Shown: piece after piece, positions 63,845 to 64,000 of the stretch
How positions within the stretch are numbered: position 1 is the first letter of the stretch
Layout: the number at the start of each line of letters is the position of its first letter
From: Chiloscyllium plagiosum
Lineage: Eukaryota
Assembly (NCBI RefSeq): GCF_004010195.1
Contig: NC_057718.1
Span: 35,249,777 to 35,313,776, forward strand
Reading direction: 5' to 3'
DNA: 64,000 bases
The notes under the pieces: model-generated
Told to the model about the DNA's origin: nothing
Seen by the model: only the letters and a program-made list of their open reading frames with translations
Databases searched by the model: none
Translations under genes and position numbers: made by a program

Positions 63845-64000
63845 TATTCAGGCAACTGGAGACTATTCATCATACTGCTGACTTAAGCCTTGTAGGTAGT
63901 GGAGAAGCTTTGTGGAGCCAGGAGGTGGGTTACACACTGCAGAATTCCAGCGTCTGATTAGCTTTGTAGCCACAGTATTGATGTGACTTCTCCAGTTCAG
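63845..64000 (-). mobile_element. L2/Crack-like LINE fragment
   Basis: Parallels 3570-3730. Confidence 0.7.

Noticed and set aside
1..64000. CRISPR arrays or prokaryotic operon/defence systems
   Set aside because: No regularly spaced repeats, no dense coding; the window is vertebrate repeat-rich DNA.

Overview
Eukaryotic, repeat-dense, apparently intergenic or intronic DNA. It is most likely from a cartilaginous fish (shark): it carries HE1-type tRNA-derived SINEs, CR1/HER1-like LINEs and Deu-domain SINEs. No intact host protein-coding gene, rRNA, tRNA or CRISPR array can be supported, and nearly every ORF in the track is a retroelement fragment or its antisense. Retroelement content: many 5'-truncated CR1 LINEs, L2/Crack-like and RTE LINE remnants, a decayed Ty3/Gypsy gag-pol, and three solo LTRs. 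There is also a Tigger-like DNA transposon end and two assembly gaps. The most distinctive signal is a set of about 12 Penelope-like element (PLE) insertions. Their 3' pseudo-LTRs carry a minimal hammerhead-ribozyme motif: CUGANGA-A-stem II-GAA-[ACGU/AGCU]-H. They occur as GIY-YIG-coding fragments, as a 1.5-kb fold-back with ~705-bp arms, as short palindromes, and as 95-120-bp TSD-flanked mini-inserts whose 5' ends cluster at the ribozyme core. Repeat family names come from pattern recognition, not database searches. Boundaries without TSDs are approximate.
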